Position numbers and translations under genes: made by a program. A DNA stretch of 64,000 nucleotides from a virus. Within the stretch, counting starts at the first letter, position 1. Every line of letters begins with the position of its first letter. Location of the stretch: positions 1 through 64,000 of IMG/VR virus record IMGVR_UViG_3300031754_000002; one strand, given 5' to 3'. Of this stretch, positions 55,774 to 64,000 are shown piece after piece. The notes under the pieces were generated by a model. It ran no database searches. It saw nothing but the letters and a program-made list of their open reading frames with translations, and was not told the DNA's origin.

Positions 55774-56134
55774 AAGATGAGTAGGGCGGCTAAGAGCGAG
55801 TGGCCCTCACCGCGCCCGAAGAGAAGCGTTACTGCGAAGGGATGGCCGGGACTCCCGATTCGCATGCTTACCTATTGATCGTTCGTTGCACCACACCCCC
55901 AATGCTACACCAGTGGCGTATGCTTTACCTTATAGCAGCGACCAAGCCACATCCACCACCTGGAGAACATCGGCGTCCACTCAGTCTCAGGCTCCTCGCG
56001 GGTCTCATAGCCCGTGGCGAACTTAATGGGAATGAGCTGGCGAATACGACGAATGCATTGCATGGTTTCTCCTCCGGTCTAGAATAGTCCGGCTCGACCA
56101 GCCATTATCGAGGTACGCTCTAAGCTGGCCCATT

Positions 56135-56434
56135 TTACAAGCCTGATGCGATCAAGTCACGCTCGATCGCCGCCCGGCGAGTGTTCGCCCGATTCTTCGG
56201 ATAATAATACTTGTCCCAATGACACAGCATGCAACGTGCGTTGCCACAGCTATGAGGGGTGCGCTTGCGCATGAACCCCATACCGAGATAACAGTGACAG
56301 GAATCCTCATCCGCTGTTGGTGGTACTGGCGCGAGTGCGCAGTAAGAGTAGGCGCCGTCGAATGCCTCGTGCTTGGCGATCTCTTCCCGCCATCTACGGA
56401 GCATCAAGTCCCGCTCTGCGTGCCAGCGCTGCAT
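56135..56434 (-). CDS. Cys-rich hypothetical protein
   Basis: GAGGA RBS; CHC, C..C..C. Confidence 0.55.
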   Translation of the reverse strand: MQRWHAERDLMLRRWREEIAKHEAFDGAYSYCALAPVPPTADEDSCHCYLGMGFMRKRTPHSCGNARCMLCHWDKYYYPKNRANTRRAAIERDLIASGL

Positions 56435-56585
56435 ACCATCCTCACCTTAGAAACGCGCCCCGCTGCTTGCCTACCGGCTGCGATCCGGCTTCAGCGACTA
56501 CCGGCTCGTAGGCTGGTCCTCTTTTTGCTCACCGCCTCACGACGGATCAATGCTTGGCGTCTGAGGTAGGGCCGCAACCCCCATG

Positions 56586-56915
56586 CTACCAGACCTGTTC
56601 GTACAGCGCAATCTCGCTTGACCGAACCGTGAACGTCTTCTCATCCAGCCCCGTCAGCTCGACGGCTTCGTCCTTCTCGAAGGCCACAACGACTGGCCTG
56701 ATGTCCCGGACTTCACGGGCGAGCCCGCAGTGGAGCATGATGCGACCCGAGACGGGCTCCAGGGGTTCCGGTGCTGGTTCGGGAGCCGGGCTTGGCGTCG
56801 GTTCGCCTACGGGTTCCGGCGTCGGAGTCGATTCTGGGATAGGAGCAGGGCTCGGTTCCAGGGCTGGTTCCGTGGCCTCAGCGACCGGCTCCGCGAGTGC
56901 GGTTGATGCCTCCAT
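56586..56915 (-). CDS. Protein with Pro/Glu-rich linker
   Basis: EPSPAPIPESTPTPEP repeats. Confidence 0.55.
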   Translation of the reverse strand: MEASTALAEPVAEATEPALEPSPAPIPESTPTPEPVGEPTPSPAPEPAPEPLEPVSGRIMLHCGLAREVRDIRPVVVAFEKDEAVELTGLDEKTFTVRSSEIALYEQVW

Positions 56916-57145
56916 TGACAGCCTTCCTTTCATCGAGTAACGTATGTAAGTACATGGTCGAGCCGACCGTAGGACAACTCATGGGTATTGGTAGACGTGA
57001 CCGGGAAGCCCGAATGGTAGTGTCTCAGTTTGGGATTCGTCCCCACGGGACAGGTTGCGGGGTCTAGTGTCGCTGGCAACCAATCCAGCGGCCCCGGCGC
57101 GGACGGTAATCCAACGCCGGGGCCTTGACACCGGGAGGTCCCCCG

Positions 57146-57412
57146 ATGCCCGACGAGAACCCTACCCCCGACGAGCCTGCGCGCGACTTCGGCAACCTCG
57201 AACGCGACGCGCTGTATCTGTTGACCGATCCCGGCCGTCTGCCGCCGCTCTGGGCGGTCCCGGACATGGGACGGGAGCTGAACTACTTCGACCCGGACTG
57301 CGTGATCGAACCCCTGCTCCGCGCCGGGTTGATCTACCGGACCTCGGATGGGTTCGTGTTCGCCACACCCGCCGCGTACCATCTGGTCGCGTTGACCGGC
57401 CACGTGATCTGA
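57146..57412 (+). CDS. IS cargo, small winged-helix-like protein
   Basis: GGGAGG RBS; LLRAGLIYR. Confidence 0.6.
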   Translation: MPDENPTPDEPARDFGNLERDALYLLTDPGRLPPLWAVPDMGRELNYFDPDCVIEPLLRAGLIYRTSDGFVFATPAAYHLVALTGHVI

Positions 57413-57415
57413 CGG

Positions 57416-57646
57416 ATGCCTGCCAAGAAATCGGCGGCGATCCAGGCCGTCGGCGAGGCGATCCGGTCGGCTCGGCGAGAGCGCGGGTACGCACAAGAGG
57501 CGTTCGCGGCTCGCGTGGGGTTGGATCGCAGCTATCTCGGGGCGGTCGAGCGTGGCGAGTTCAACATCACCATCGACACGCTCTTGAAGATCACGGACGG
57601 CCTCGGCGTGTCCGCGAGCATGCTGCTTCGCCGAGCACGGCTCTGA
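57416..57646 (+). CDS. IS cargo, XRE HTH regulator
   Basis: GYAQEAFAARVGLDRSYLGAVERGEFN. Confidence 0.9.
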   Translation: MPAKKSAAIQAVGEAIRSARRERGYAQEAFAARVGLDRSYLGAVERGEFNITIDTLLKITDGLGVSASMLLRRARL

Positions 57647-57773
57647 GCATCCCAGGGGCGCCATGCCGCAGGGCCGGGCGTGGCGCCGTACCGCTGGACA
57701 TCACAGTACCTCGGAGTTCTAACAGATGGGCGTAGGCTGTGCCGCTTGCGATCAGCGAGCAAGGAGAAGCCAA

Positions 57774-58472
57774 ATGGCGCTGCTGTTTGACGAGTTTGGG
57801 ACGAGGCGGATCGAGCTGGATGTCTTGATGTGGCCTGGATTCGACCATGGATTCAAGGAAGGCGAGCTGTCCGGTCTGTACGGAGCGCTCAACACCGATG
57901 ATCTCTTCGAGTCCTGTGAGCTGCGCGCCAACATCGGAGCGGAGTTCGAGAGCGAGCATTGGCGGTACGACATCTCCACGACTCGCATCCACGTGTCGAG
58001 TAAAGCCTTCCAGGACTTCAACCAGCTCGACAAGCGCGTTTTGGTCCTTCTTGAGGAAACGAAGCGCTTTCTAACGCCAGCTCGGCTCCCATTCTTGACG
58101 GCGAATCGCGCTCTTGTGGCGGGTGTCATCCCCGAGGGAGACCCGGAGAAGGACGTGGCGGAGCGTGTCCGGGCGAAGCTCCTTTCACGACGTATCACGC
58201 AGGGAGCCGACGGGGAGCGCGCCATAGATGCCCTTCCTGGCGAGCTGGCCGGAGTTGGCCTAACGCTTGTCGGAGATACTGAGACCTATCACTGGCACGC
58301 CAACATCGGTCCAGTTCATTCTCCGACCTCAGACCTTACGATCAGCGCGGATCTGTATTTTCCACCGCCAGATGAGCGTCCAGAGGAGGCCATGATCTCC
58401 GACAGGCTACGAACTGCCTACGACTTCCTCAGAACAAACCTATTGGAATTTGCCGAGAAGAGCCTAAGCTAG
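57774..58472 (+). CDS. IS cargo, hypothetical protein
   Basis: AAGGAG RBS; 232-aa ORF. Confidence 0.65.
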   Translation: MALLFDEFGTRRIELDVLMWPGFDHGFKEGELSGLYGALNTDDLFESCELRANIGAEFESEHWRYDISTTRIHVSSKAFQDFNQLDKRVLVLLEETKRFLTPARLPFLTANRALVAGVIPEGDPEKDVAERVRAKLLSRRITQGADGERAIDALPGELAGVGLTLVGDTETYHWHANIGPVHSPTSDLTISADLYFPPPDERPEEAMISDRLRTAYDFLRTNLLEFAEKSLS

Positions 58473-58696
58473 TCATCAGGAGCCGAACAATGCCCGAACA
58501 TCTCCGCAACGACGACCATCCCAGTGGCGAAAGCTCCCGCGTTGCTCGTGCCCGCCGACGTGACGCTCGCAGGCATCATTGCGACGTTGCAGAGCCCGAC
58601 CGAGCGACCGAGTTCGAGCGCTTCAAGACGCTCGCCGGACGCCGCACCGAAGCCCTGGAATCAGAGGAAGACGAGCCAAGCACAGACAGCTAGGGA

Positions 58697-58942
58697 TCAG
58701 CGATGAGCTGCCTTGCTCCACCGCGCCTTCGCGGCGCGTTTGGCGGACTCGCTTCGCTCCTCGGCTGTCAAGGTTGCCGCGCGGGCCTTCCCGCCCTTCT
58801 GACCGCCCTTGCGCCCGCGTGCGATGGCTTTGGGGTCCTTCCCGGCATTCGGGTCGGGGTCCTCGACCTGCCCCGTGGCGATGTCCACGATGAGCTTTCC
58901 GAGCTGGTTCGGGTCGCGCGGCCGTCGTGGATGCGTGGTCAT
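58697..58942 (-). CDS. Small basic protein divergent from the IS1 transposase
   Basis: RPRDPNQL...GRKGGQKGGKARA...AAKARW. Confidence 0.8.
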   Translation of the reverse strand: MTTHPRRPRDPNQLGKLIVDIATGQVEDPDPNAGKDPKAIARGRKGGQKGGKARAATLTAEERSESAKRAAKARWSKAAHR

Positions 58943-59009
58943 ACCGAGCATCGTAGCGCTGCTGTTGGAGGGAGTTTTTCCGTCCGACGTATCACGCATA
59001 ATGTTCAGT

Positions 59010-59849
59010 ATGAACAGGTTGTCCACCGAGAAGCGCGCCGCGATCCTCGGAATGATGGTTGAGGGCAACAGCCTTCGCGCGACGACCCGCATGGCAGGCT
59101 GCTCGATCAACACCGTCTCGAAGCTGCTGCTGGACATTGGTGAGGCATGCGCCTCCTACCAGGACGAGCATCTACGGGACCTGCCATGCAAGACGATCGA
59201 GGCAGACGAGATTTGGTCGTTCGTCGCCTACAAGGAGCGAAACAAGCCAGCCGAGATGAAGGGCACGTTCGGCACCGGCGATGTCTGGACATGGACGGCG
59301 CTCGACGCCGACTCCAAGCTCATCGTGTGCTGGTACGTGGGCGACCGGAAATACGAGGACGCCGCCGCGTTCATGCTGGACCTCAAGGACCGTCTACGCG
59401 ACCGCATCCAGCTCACGACGGACGGGCACGCCGCCTACCCGAATGCGGTCGGCCTGGCGTTCCGCCACAACATCGACTTTGCGCAGCTCATCAAGCAGTA
59501 CGCAGCGGACCCACGCACCGGACAGGCTCGCTACAGCCCGCCAGTCTGCACAGGAGCGCGCGTCCGTGTCGATCGCGGCAACCCGGACCCCGCGAAGATC
59601 AGCACGTCCTACGTCGAGCGCCAGAACCTCACGATGCGGATGGGTATGCGCCGCTTCACACGGCTGACCAACGGCTTCTCGAAGAAGCTCGACAACCACA
59701 TGGCCTCCATCGCCCTGCACTTCATGCACTACAACTTCGGCCGTCCGCACACCAGCCTCAAGAACCCCTACCCGCGCACGCCAGCGATGGCCGCAGGCGT
59801 CGCCGACCACATCTGGACCCTGCAAGAGATCGCGGGGCTACTCGATTGA
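59010..59849 (+). CDS. IS1-family DDE transposase
   Basis: ADEIWSFV, WTWTALDADSKL, TTDG, TSYVERQNLTMR. Confidence 0.92.
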   Translation: MNRLSTEKRAAILGMMVEGNSLRATTRMAGCSINTVSKLLLDIGEACASYQDEHLRDLPCKTIEADEIWSFVAYKERNKPAEMKGTFGTGDVWTWTALDADSKLIVCWYVGDRKYEDAAAFMLDLKDRLRDRIQLTTDGHAAYPNAVGLAFRHNIDFAQLIKQYAADPRTGQARYSPPVCTGARVRVDRGNPDPAKISTSYVERQNLTMRMGMRRFTRLTNGFSKKLDNHMASIALHFMHYNFGRPHTSLKNPYPRTPAMAAGVADHIWTLQEIAGLLD

Positions 59850-60056
59850 AACTGAGGCACTACCGCCCGAATACGCGGTGATCTTCTGCGCCGGCATGAT
59901 GAGGAGGCCAAAGAGCTTCGGATCGTTGAAGGCTAAGGATCTAAACGAGCGCAAGCTAATCTTCGGATGCGATTGTGGTTGTCGTGGCGACTGGTCACTC
60001 GATGATGCGGGGCTATATGAGCGTCCGGCCCTCGACTCGCTGCTGGGGAAAGCGAC

Positions 60057-60383
60057 GTGAGACGCAACCTAAGCATCAGCTTCGAGGAAGCCTTTATCGA
60101 ACGCCTAGACTTGGAACGTGGCACTATCTCGCGGGGCCGCTGGATCGAAGGCGAGCGAGCAATCGCGCCAAATACTACCGCTGCCGAGATTGGCTCAATG
60201 GCCGCCAATGCCTTCGGTGCCATGGTTGCCGCCGAGAACGATAACCTCCGGGCAGCACGCGCTCAACCATCACCGCTCGCCCATCCCGTCGAGACCCTTG
60301 GCGAGATCGATGAGCACGTCACCGTGGAAACCCGCAAGCCCTCCTCGGTATCCCCTAAGCTGAGCGCAGACATCAAACCCTAA
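60057..60383 (+). CDS. RHH-like hypothetical protein
   Basis: NLSISFEEAFIERLD..RG.ISR..W. Confidence 0.45.
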   Translation: MRRNLSISFEEAFIERLDLERGTISRGRWIEGERAIAPNTTAAEIGSMAANAFGAMVAAENDNLRAARAQPSPLAHPVETLGEIDEHVTVETRKPSSVSPKLSADIKP

Positions 60384-60421
60384 CCGAAGCAAACCAAACC
60401 CAAAACACGGAGACAAACACC

Positions 60422-60883
60422 ATGAGGCAGCTACAACGACAGGGCGACGTACTTCTAATCCCTATCGACAGCATCCCCGCGAACGCAACAGCCGTCGCCC
60501 GGGACGCCCGCGGGCGAATTGTGCTCGCTGAGGGTGAGCGCACTGGGCACGCGCACTGTGTTCTCGACGATGCCGCGACACTATTTCGCCAGGATGATCT
60601 CGACGAGATGGCCGACCGTTTCCTACATGTGCAGGCCGAGTGCGGACTTATCGACGCTTGGCGGTGCCGTGACCGGCGGCGAGACATCGTATGCTGGATG
60701 CCCGCATACCAAAACACGGACCGCATCGAAGCGGCCGACTATGCAATTCTCGCCCGCGAAGACATACCTGGCGTCATTGTCGAGCACGAGGAGCACCTAC
60801 ATTTCGTCGTGCTGCCCGGGGACCACATCATCCGGCCGAAGCGTGAATACCAGCCAGAGGCCCCACGTCAGGTGATGGACTGA
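60422..60883 (+). CDS. RQGDV-motif partner of the DUF6745-like protein
   Basis: RQGDVLL, LAEGERTGHAH, HEEH, KREY. Confidence 0.8.
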   Translation: MRQLQRQGDVLLIPIDSIPANATAVARDARGRIVLAEGERTGHAHCVLDDAATLFRQDDLDEMADRFLHVQAECGLIDAWRCRDRRRDIVCWMPAYQNTDRIEAADYAILAREDIPGVIVEHEEHLHFVVLPGDHIIRPKREYQPEAPRQVMD

Positions 60884-60917
60884 TGGCGGCTCTAATTGGT
60901 GACAGGATGCTTCGCTG

Positions 60918-62270
60918 ATGGGCAAGCTCACGAAACTAACCCCAAGCCAAACCAAGCATCTCGCGGCGAGTTATGAGGAATGGCTATCCGTCGGCCGCTG
61001 CACCGAACCAGCCGATCGGCCAGCAATGGAGACAGCGGTCCGCGCGATGTACGCCGAGATTGGCCAGCCTCCACCAGCAGTCGTCTGGCTGGACTCTCCG
61101 TTGGCTGGCGTGTGTGGCTCCTGGTTCCTATCAAACCTGTTGAAGACGTTGCGCAACGACGCAAACCAGCTCGGGGACCAGCTCAGGGACCAGCTCAGGG
61201 ACCAGCTCGGGGGCCAGCTCAGGGGCCAGCTTGGGGACCAGCTCAGGGGCCAGCTCGGGGACCAGCTCTGGGACCAGCTCTGGGGCCAGCTTGGGGGCCA
61301 GCTTGGGGACCAGCTCAGGGACCAGCTCAGGGGCCAGCTCAGGGACCAGCTCAGGGACCAGCTCTGGGGCCAGCTCGGGGGCCAGCTCAGGGGCCAGCTT
61401 GGGGACCAGCTCAGGGACCAGCTCTGGGGCCAGCTTGGGGACCAGCTCAGGGGCCAGCTCGGGGGCCAGCTCAGGGGCCAGCTCGGGGGCCAGCTCAGGG
61501 GCCAGCTCGGGGGCCAGCTCAGGGACCAGCTCAGGGGCCAGCTCGGGGACCAGCTCTGGGACCAGCTCTGGGGCCAGCTTGGGGGCCAGCTTGGGGACCA
61601 GCTCAGGGACCAGCTCGCACAATGCTGGTGGGCACAGCATGAAGCCGCGTGGATCGCATTTTACTTGTGGCCCGAGACGAACCTAGCCGTCAACTACAAG
61701 GAACAGGTAAGTCGGCGTCTCGCCCTTTGGGAGACAACCGCGCGGTCTAGCTCATGGTGGTGGCCGATGATCGGCTTGGTTGTCCTTACGGAGCGACCAT
61801 CCAACGTGTCCGTAGATGGTGAGGGCCGGCTACATGACGAGCGAGGTCCAGCGCTCGGCTACCGGGATGGGTGGGGCGTATGGTCGATCCACGGTGTACG
61901 AGTGACACCAAAGATTGTCGAGCACCCAGAGAGCCTAACGGTGCAAGAGATCCGGGACGAGCCGAACGTGGAGGTTCGACGGGTGATGCTCGAACGGTTC
62001 GGTGCGGACCGCTTCATGGCGGAAAGCAACGCTGAGCTTATCGGCGAGGATGATTGGGGGAAGCTGTGGCGGATACCCGACGCGCCAGATGAGCCAGACG
62101 GTAAGCCGCTGGTGCTCGTTGAGATGCTGAACTCAACCCCGGAGCCAGACGGCTCGGTACGCACATACTATGAGCGTGCTCACCCTGACGTGCAGACACC
62201 TTTGGCGGCGTTGGCTTGGCAGGCGAACATGAGCGAGAGCGAGTACATGCAGATGGGGGCGCAAACGTGA
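60918..62270 (+). CDS. DUF6745-like protein with internal QL[R/G/W][D/G] repeats
   Basis: TEPADR, WLDSP, WWWP, ERP, RLHDERGPAL.Y.DG..VW..HGV, EPNVEVRR, NSTPEPDG. Confidence 0.85.
   Translation: MGKLTKLTPSQTKHLAASYEEWLSVGRCTEPADRPAMETAVRAMYAEIGQPPPAVVWLDSPLAGVCGSWFLSNLLKTLRNDANQLGDQLRDQLRDQLGGQLRGQLGDQLRGQLGDQLWDQLWGQLGGQLGDQLRDQLRGQLRDQLRDQLWGQLGGQLRGQLGDQLRDQLWGQLGDQLRGQLGGQLRGQLGGQLRGQLGGQLRDQLRGQLGDQLWDQLWGQLGGQLGDQLRDQLAQCWWAQHEAAWIAFYLWPETNLAVNYKEQVSRRLALWETTARSSSWWWPMIGLVVLTERPSNVSVDGEGRLHDERGPALGYRDGWGVWSIHGVRVTPKIVEHPESLTVQEIRDEPNVEVRRVMLERFGADRFMAESNAELIGEDDWGKLWRIPDAPDEPDGKPLVLVEMLNSTPEPDGSVRTYYERAHPDVQTPLAALAWQANMSESEYMQMGAQT
61167..61616 (+). repeat. 37 copies of a 12-bp unit CAGCTY-NGG-GRC
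   Basis: Direct count from sequence and translation. Confidence 0.95.
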
Positions 62271-62426
62271 ACCGCATCCTGAATGCGCCGGATGACTCGT
62301 TCGCTGGTGTAAGTGCGATGATACCCGCAGAGCTTGGCCGTGTCGGCTACTCTTTCAACTCCGATATCCCCGTGCCGGCCGGCAGCACAGTCATCGGGGA
62401 TTATCCCCTTGACACAGGGTCGGATA

Positions 62427-62579
62427 TCAGCTAGAGTCCTTCTTAGTGGACTCTTTTGCCTTTGGTTTCCGGGCTTTTTGGGCCTCTGCGCGCACCGCTT
62501 CCCGTGCTTGCTTGGGGAACATTCGCTGCGCGACCTGCTCGTTTGTGAGGTCGTGGGCCTTGGGCTTCGCTCGTGGCAT
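62427..62579 (-). CDS. Small basic protein divergent from the IS1595 transposase
   Basis: MPRAKPKAHDLTNEQVAQRMFP... Confidence 0.6.
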   Translation of the reverse strand: MPRAKPKAHDLTNEQVAQRMFPKQAREAVRAEAQKARKPKAKESTKKDSS

Positions 62580-62591
62580 GGTGGCTCTCTG

Positions 62592-63563
62592 ATGGAGTCT
62601 ACGACGCTTGTGGGCCTGATCGAGGAGTTCGGCAGCGAGGAGAAGTGCCGCGCCTATCTTGAGGATCTGCGTTGGCCCGCTGGCCCCGAGTGCCCGCGCT
62701 GCGACGAGCCGACCACCGTTTCGCGGATCGCCTCGCGCAACCAGTTCGAGTGCGACAAGTGCCGCTACCAGTTCTCGGTCACGGCTGGGACGCTGTTCCA
62801 CGACTCGCACCTGCCGTTGTGGAAGTGGTTCCTCGCGGTCTACCTGATGTGCGAGAGCAAGAAGGGCATCAGCGCCAAGCAGCTACACCGGATGCTCGGC
62901 GGCTCGTATAAGACGAGTTGGTATCTCTGCCACCGCGTCAGAGCGGCAATGGGCGAGGACGAACAGCCGCTACTGACCGGCACGGTGGAGGTTGACGAGA
63001 CCTACGTCGGCGGCAAACGCAAAGGCTACGGCGCCGGATATCGCGGGAACAAGGTCATCGTGGCCGGTGCGATCGAGCGCGGCGGCGACATACGCCTACG
63101 GCTCGTCCCGAACACCCGCCGCCACAACCTGGAGCAGTTCATCGACTCCACCGTCTCAGACGACACGGAGGCGGTCTACACGGACGAGTTGAAGTCCTAT
63201 GACGGCATCGCGGGCGAGAACCACCAGACCGTCGAGCACAAAGCCGAAGAATGGGTGCGGGGCGAGGTTCACACGAACAGCGTCGAGTCTGCCTGGAGCC
63301 TGCTCAAGCGCTCGATCGTGGGGACCTACCACCATATGAGCGTCAAGCACCTGCCCGCGTATCTGGCGGAGATGGAATGGCGCTTCAACCGCCGCGAGAA
63401 CCCCTACCTATTCAGAGACACGCTGCTGGTGCTCCTCCACGGAGACGCGCTGCCCTACAGCGTTCTGATCGAACGCGACGACCCCGGCGAGCGCCAGCGC
63501 GAGAACGACGCACTCATGCGGCGAGAGGCGAAGCGTCAGGCACGCCAGCAGCGCCCGTGCTAG
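62592..63563 (+). CDS. IS1595-family (ISXO2-like) transposase
   Basis: Zn ribbon CPRC...CDKC; VEVDETYVGG, YTDE, HTNSVESAWSLLKR. Confidence 0.93.
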   Translation: MESTTLVGLIEEFGSEEKCRAYLEDLRWPAGPECPRCDEPTTVSRIASRNQFECDKCRYQFSVTAGTLFHDSHLPLWKWFLAVYLMCESKKGISAKQLHRMLGGSYKTSWYLCHRVRAAMGEDEQPLLTGTVEVDETYVGGKRKGYGAGYRGNKVIVAGAIERGGDIRLRLVPNTRRHNLEQFIDSTVSDDTEAVYTDELKSYDGIAGENHQTVEHKAEEWVRGEVHTNSVESAWSLLKRSIVGTYHHMSVKHLPAYLAEMEWRFNRRENPYLFRDTLLVLLHGDALPYSVLIERDDPGERQRENDALMRREAKRQARQQRPC

Positions 63564-63796
63564 CGGCCTTCGCCGCGCTCGATCTCGGCCGCAAGGTCTG
63601 CGAGGGTCGCTCCGTAGCACCGTAGAAGGGCCATCATGGTCGGGTAGGCGATGCCTGCGCCATGCTCAACCGTGGATATGTGCCGTCCGCTGACGCTCAC
63701 GGCTTCGGCCGCCTGCTCCTGCGTCTTGCCAGCCTTGCGTCTGATCGCCGCGAGCGCCCCGCCGAGAGCGAGGTAATCATCAGCGGCGCCCGTCAT
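63560..63796 (-). CDS. XRE HTH regulator
   Basis: KTQEQAAEAVSVSGRHISTVEHG. Confidence 0.8.
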   Translation of the reverse strand: MTGAADDYLALGGALAAIRRKAGKTQEQAAEAVSVSGRHISTVEHGAGIAYPTMMALLRCYGATLADLAAEIERGEGR

Positions 63797-64000
63797 GCGC
63801 AGCGCAGCGTATCTAGCCGCGTTCGACCTCGGCGGCCAGCTCCGCGAGACTCGCCCGGTAGAACCTCAGCAGCGCCATCATCGTCGGGAAGGCGATCCCG
63901 GTCCGGCCCTTCTCGACCGTCGAGATATGACGGGCGCCAACATTGACGGCCGCGCCCGCTTCGGCCTGGGTGCGGCCTGCTCGGCGACGTAGCGCCGCGA

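Larger units (their letters stand above)
57016..59864 (+). mobile_element. IS1-family transposon with cargo genes
   Basis: 16-bp TIRs GGTAGTG(T/C)CTCAGTTT; 8-bp target duplication GCCCGAAT (57008-57015, 59865-59872). Confidence 0.92.
62396..64000 (+). mobile_element. IS1595-family element with cargo; right end outside the window
   Basis: Probable left end GGGGATTATCCCCTTGAC truncating ORF 62267-; transposase and HTH passengers. Confidence 0.7.

Noticed and set aside
56005-56016. Match of concatenated variable dinucleotides of unit 48683 (TCATAGCCCG) to this site
   Set aside because: Only 10 nt, compatible with chance in 64 kb, and the decoding rule is unknown.
58992-59019. Further dif-like site at the IS1 transposase start
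   Set aside because: Weak arms; better explained as a -10 box plus start codon.
61131-61686. Alternative-frame ORFs (PELA, GPAQ, GTSS repeats)
   Set aside because: These are stop-free shadows of the 12-bp repeat.
1-64000. Diversity-generating retroelement or retron
   Set aside because: No reverse transcriptase ORF and no adenine-specific TR/VR pair was seen.

Overview
The window is most of a GC-rich contractile-tailed (myovirus-type) phage or prophage. The host is probably an actinobacterium; Glu/Lys-rich virion proteins and a TYQWKRCN-type Ig-like domain suggest Solirubrobacterales/Thermoleophilia (inference). Layout: early genes on the minus strand at 1-4.1 kb (Bet recombinase, Cro-like HTH, ASCH, DUF6948-like gene with an S-[R/W/G] repeat). 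An accessory island at 4.2-12.2 kb carries secreted proteins, odd tRNAs and dif-like sites. A minus-strand morphogenesis operon runs from about 55.5 kb down to 10.7 kb: intein-containing portal, prohead protease, two major capsid paralogs (one split by a group I intron), sheath, tube, chaperone with -1 frameshift, tape measure, baseplate and a GH10-bearing fibre. Four homing endonuclease genes lie antisense to this operon. The right end holds a complete IS1-family cargo transposon, a DUF6745-like repeat gene pair and an IS1595 element. No terminase large subunit, integrase or replication gene is visible, and several genes are damaged. The best candidate for a new system is a plus-strand cassette between the prohead protease and portal (47.9-49.7 kb). 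It encodes an RHH regulator, an unknown helical protein and a stand-alone Cas7/RAMP-like protein, flanked on both sides by non-coding arrays of (Y)CCGAC-punctuated units built from 5-nt blocks ending in C. All family calls are by eye from motifs; no searches were run.
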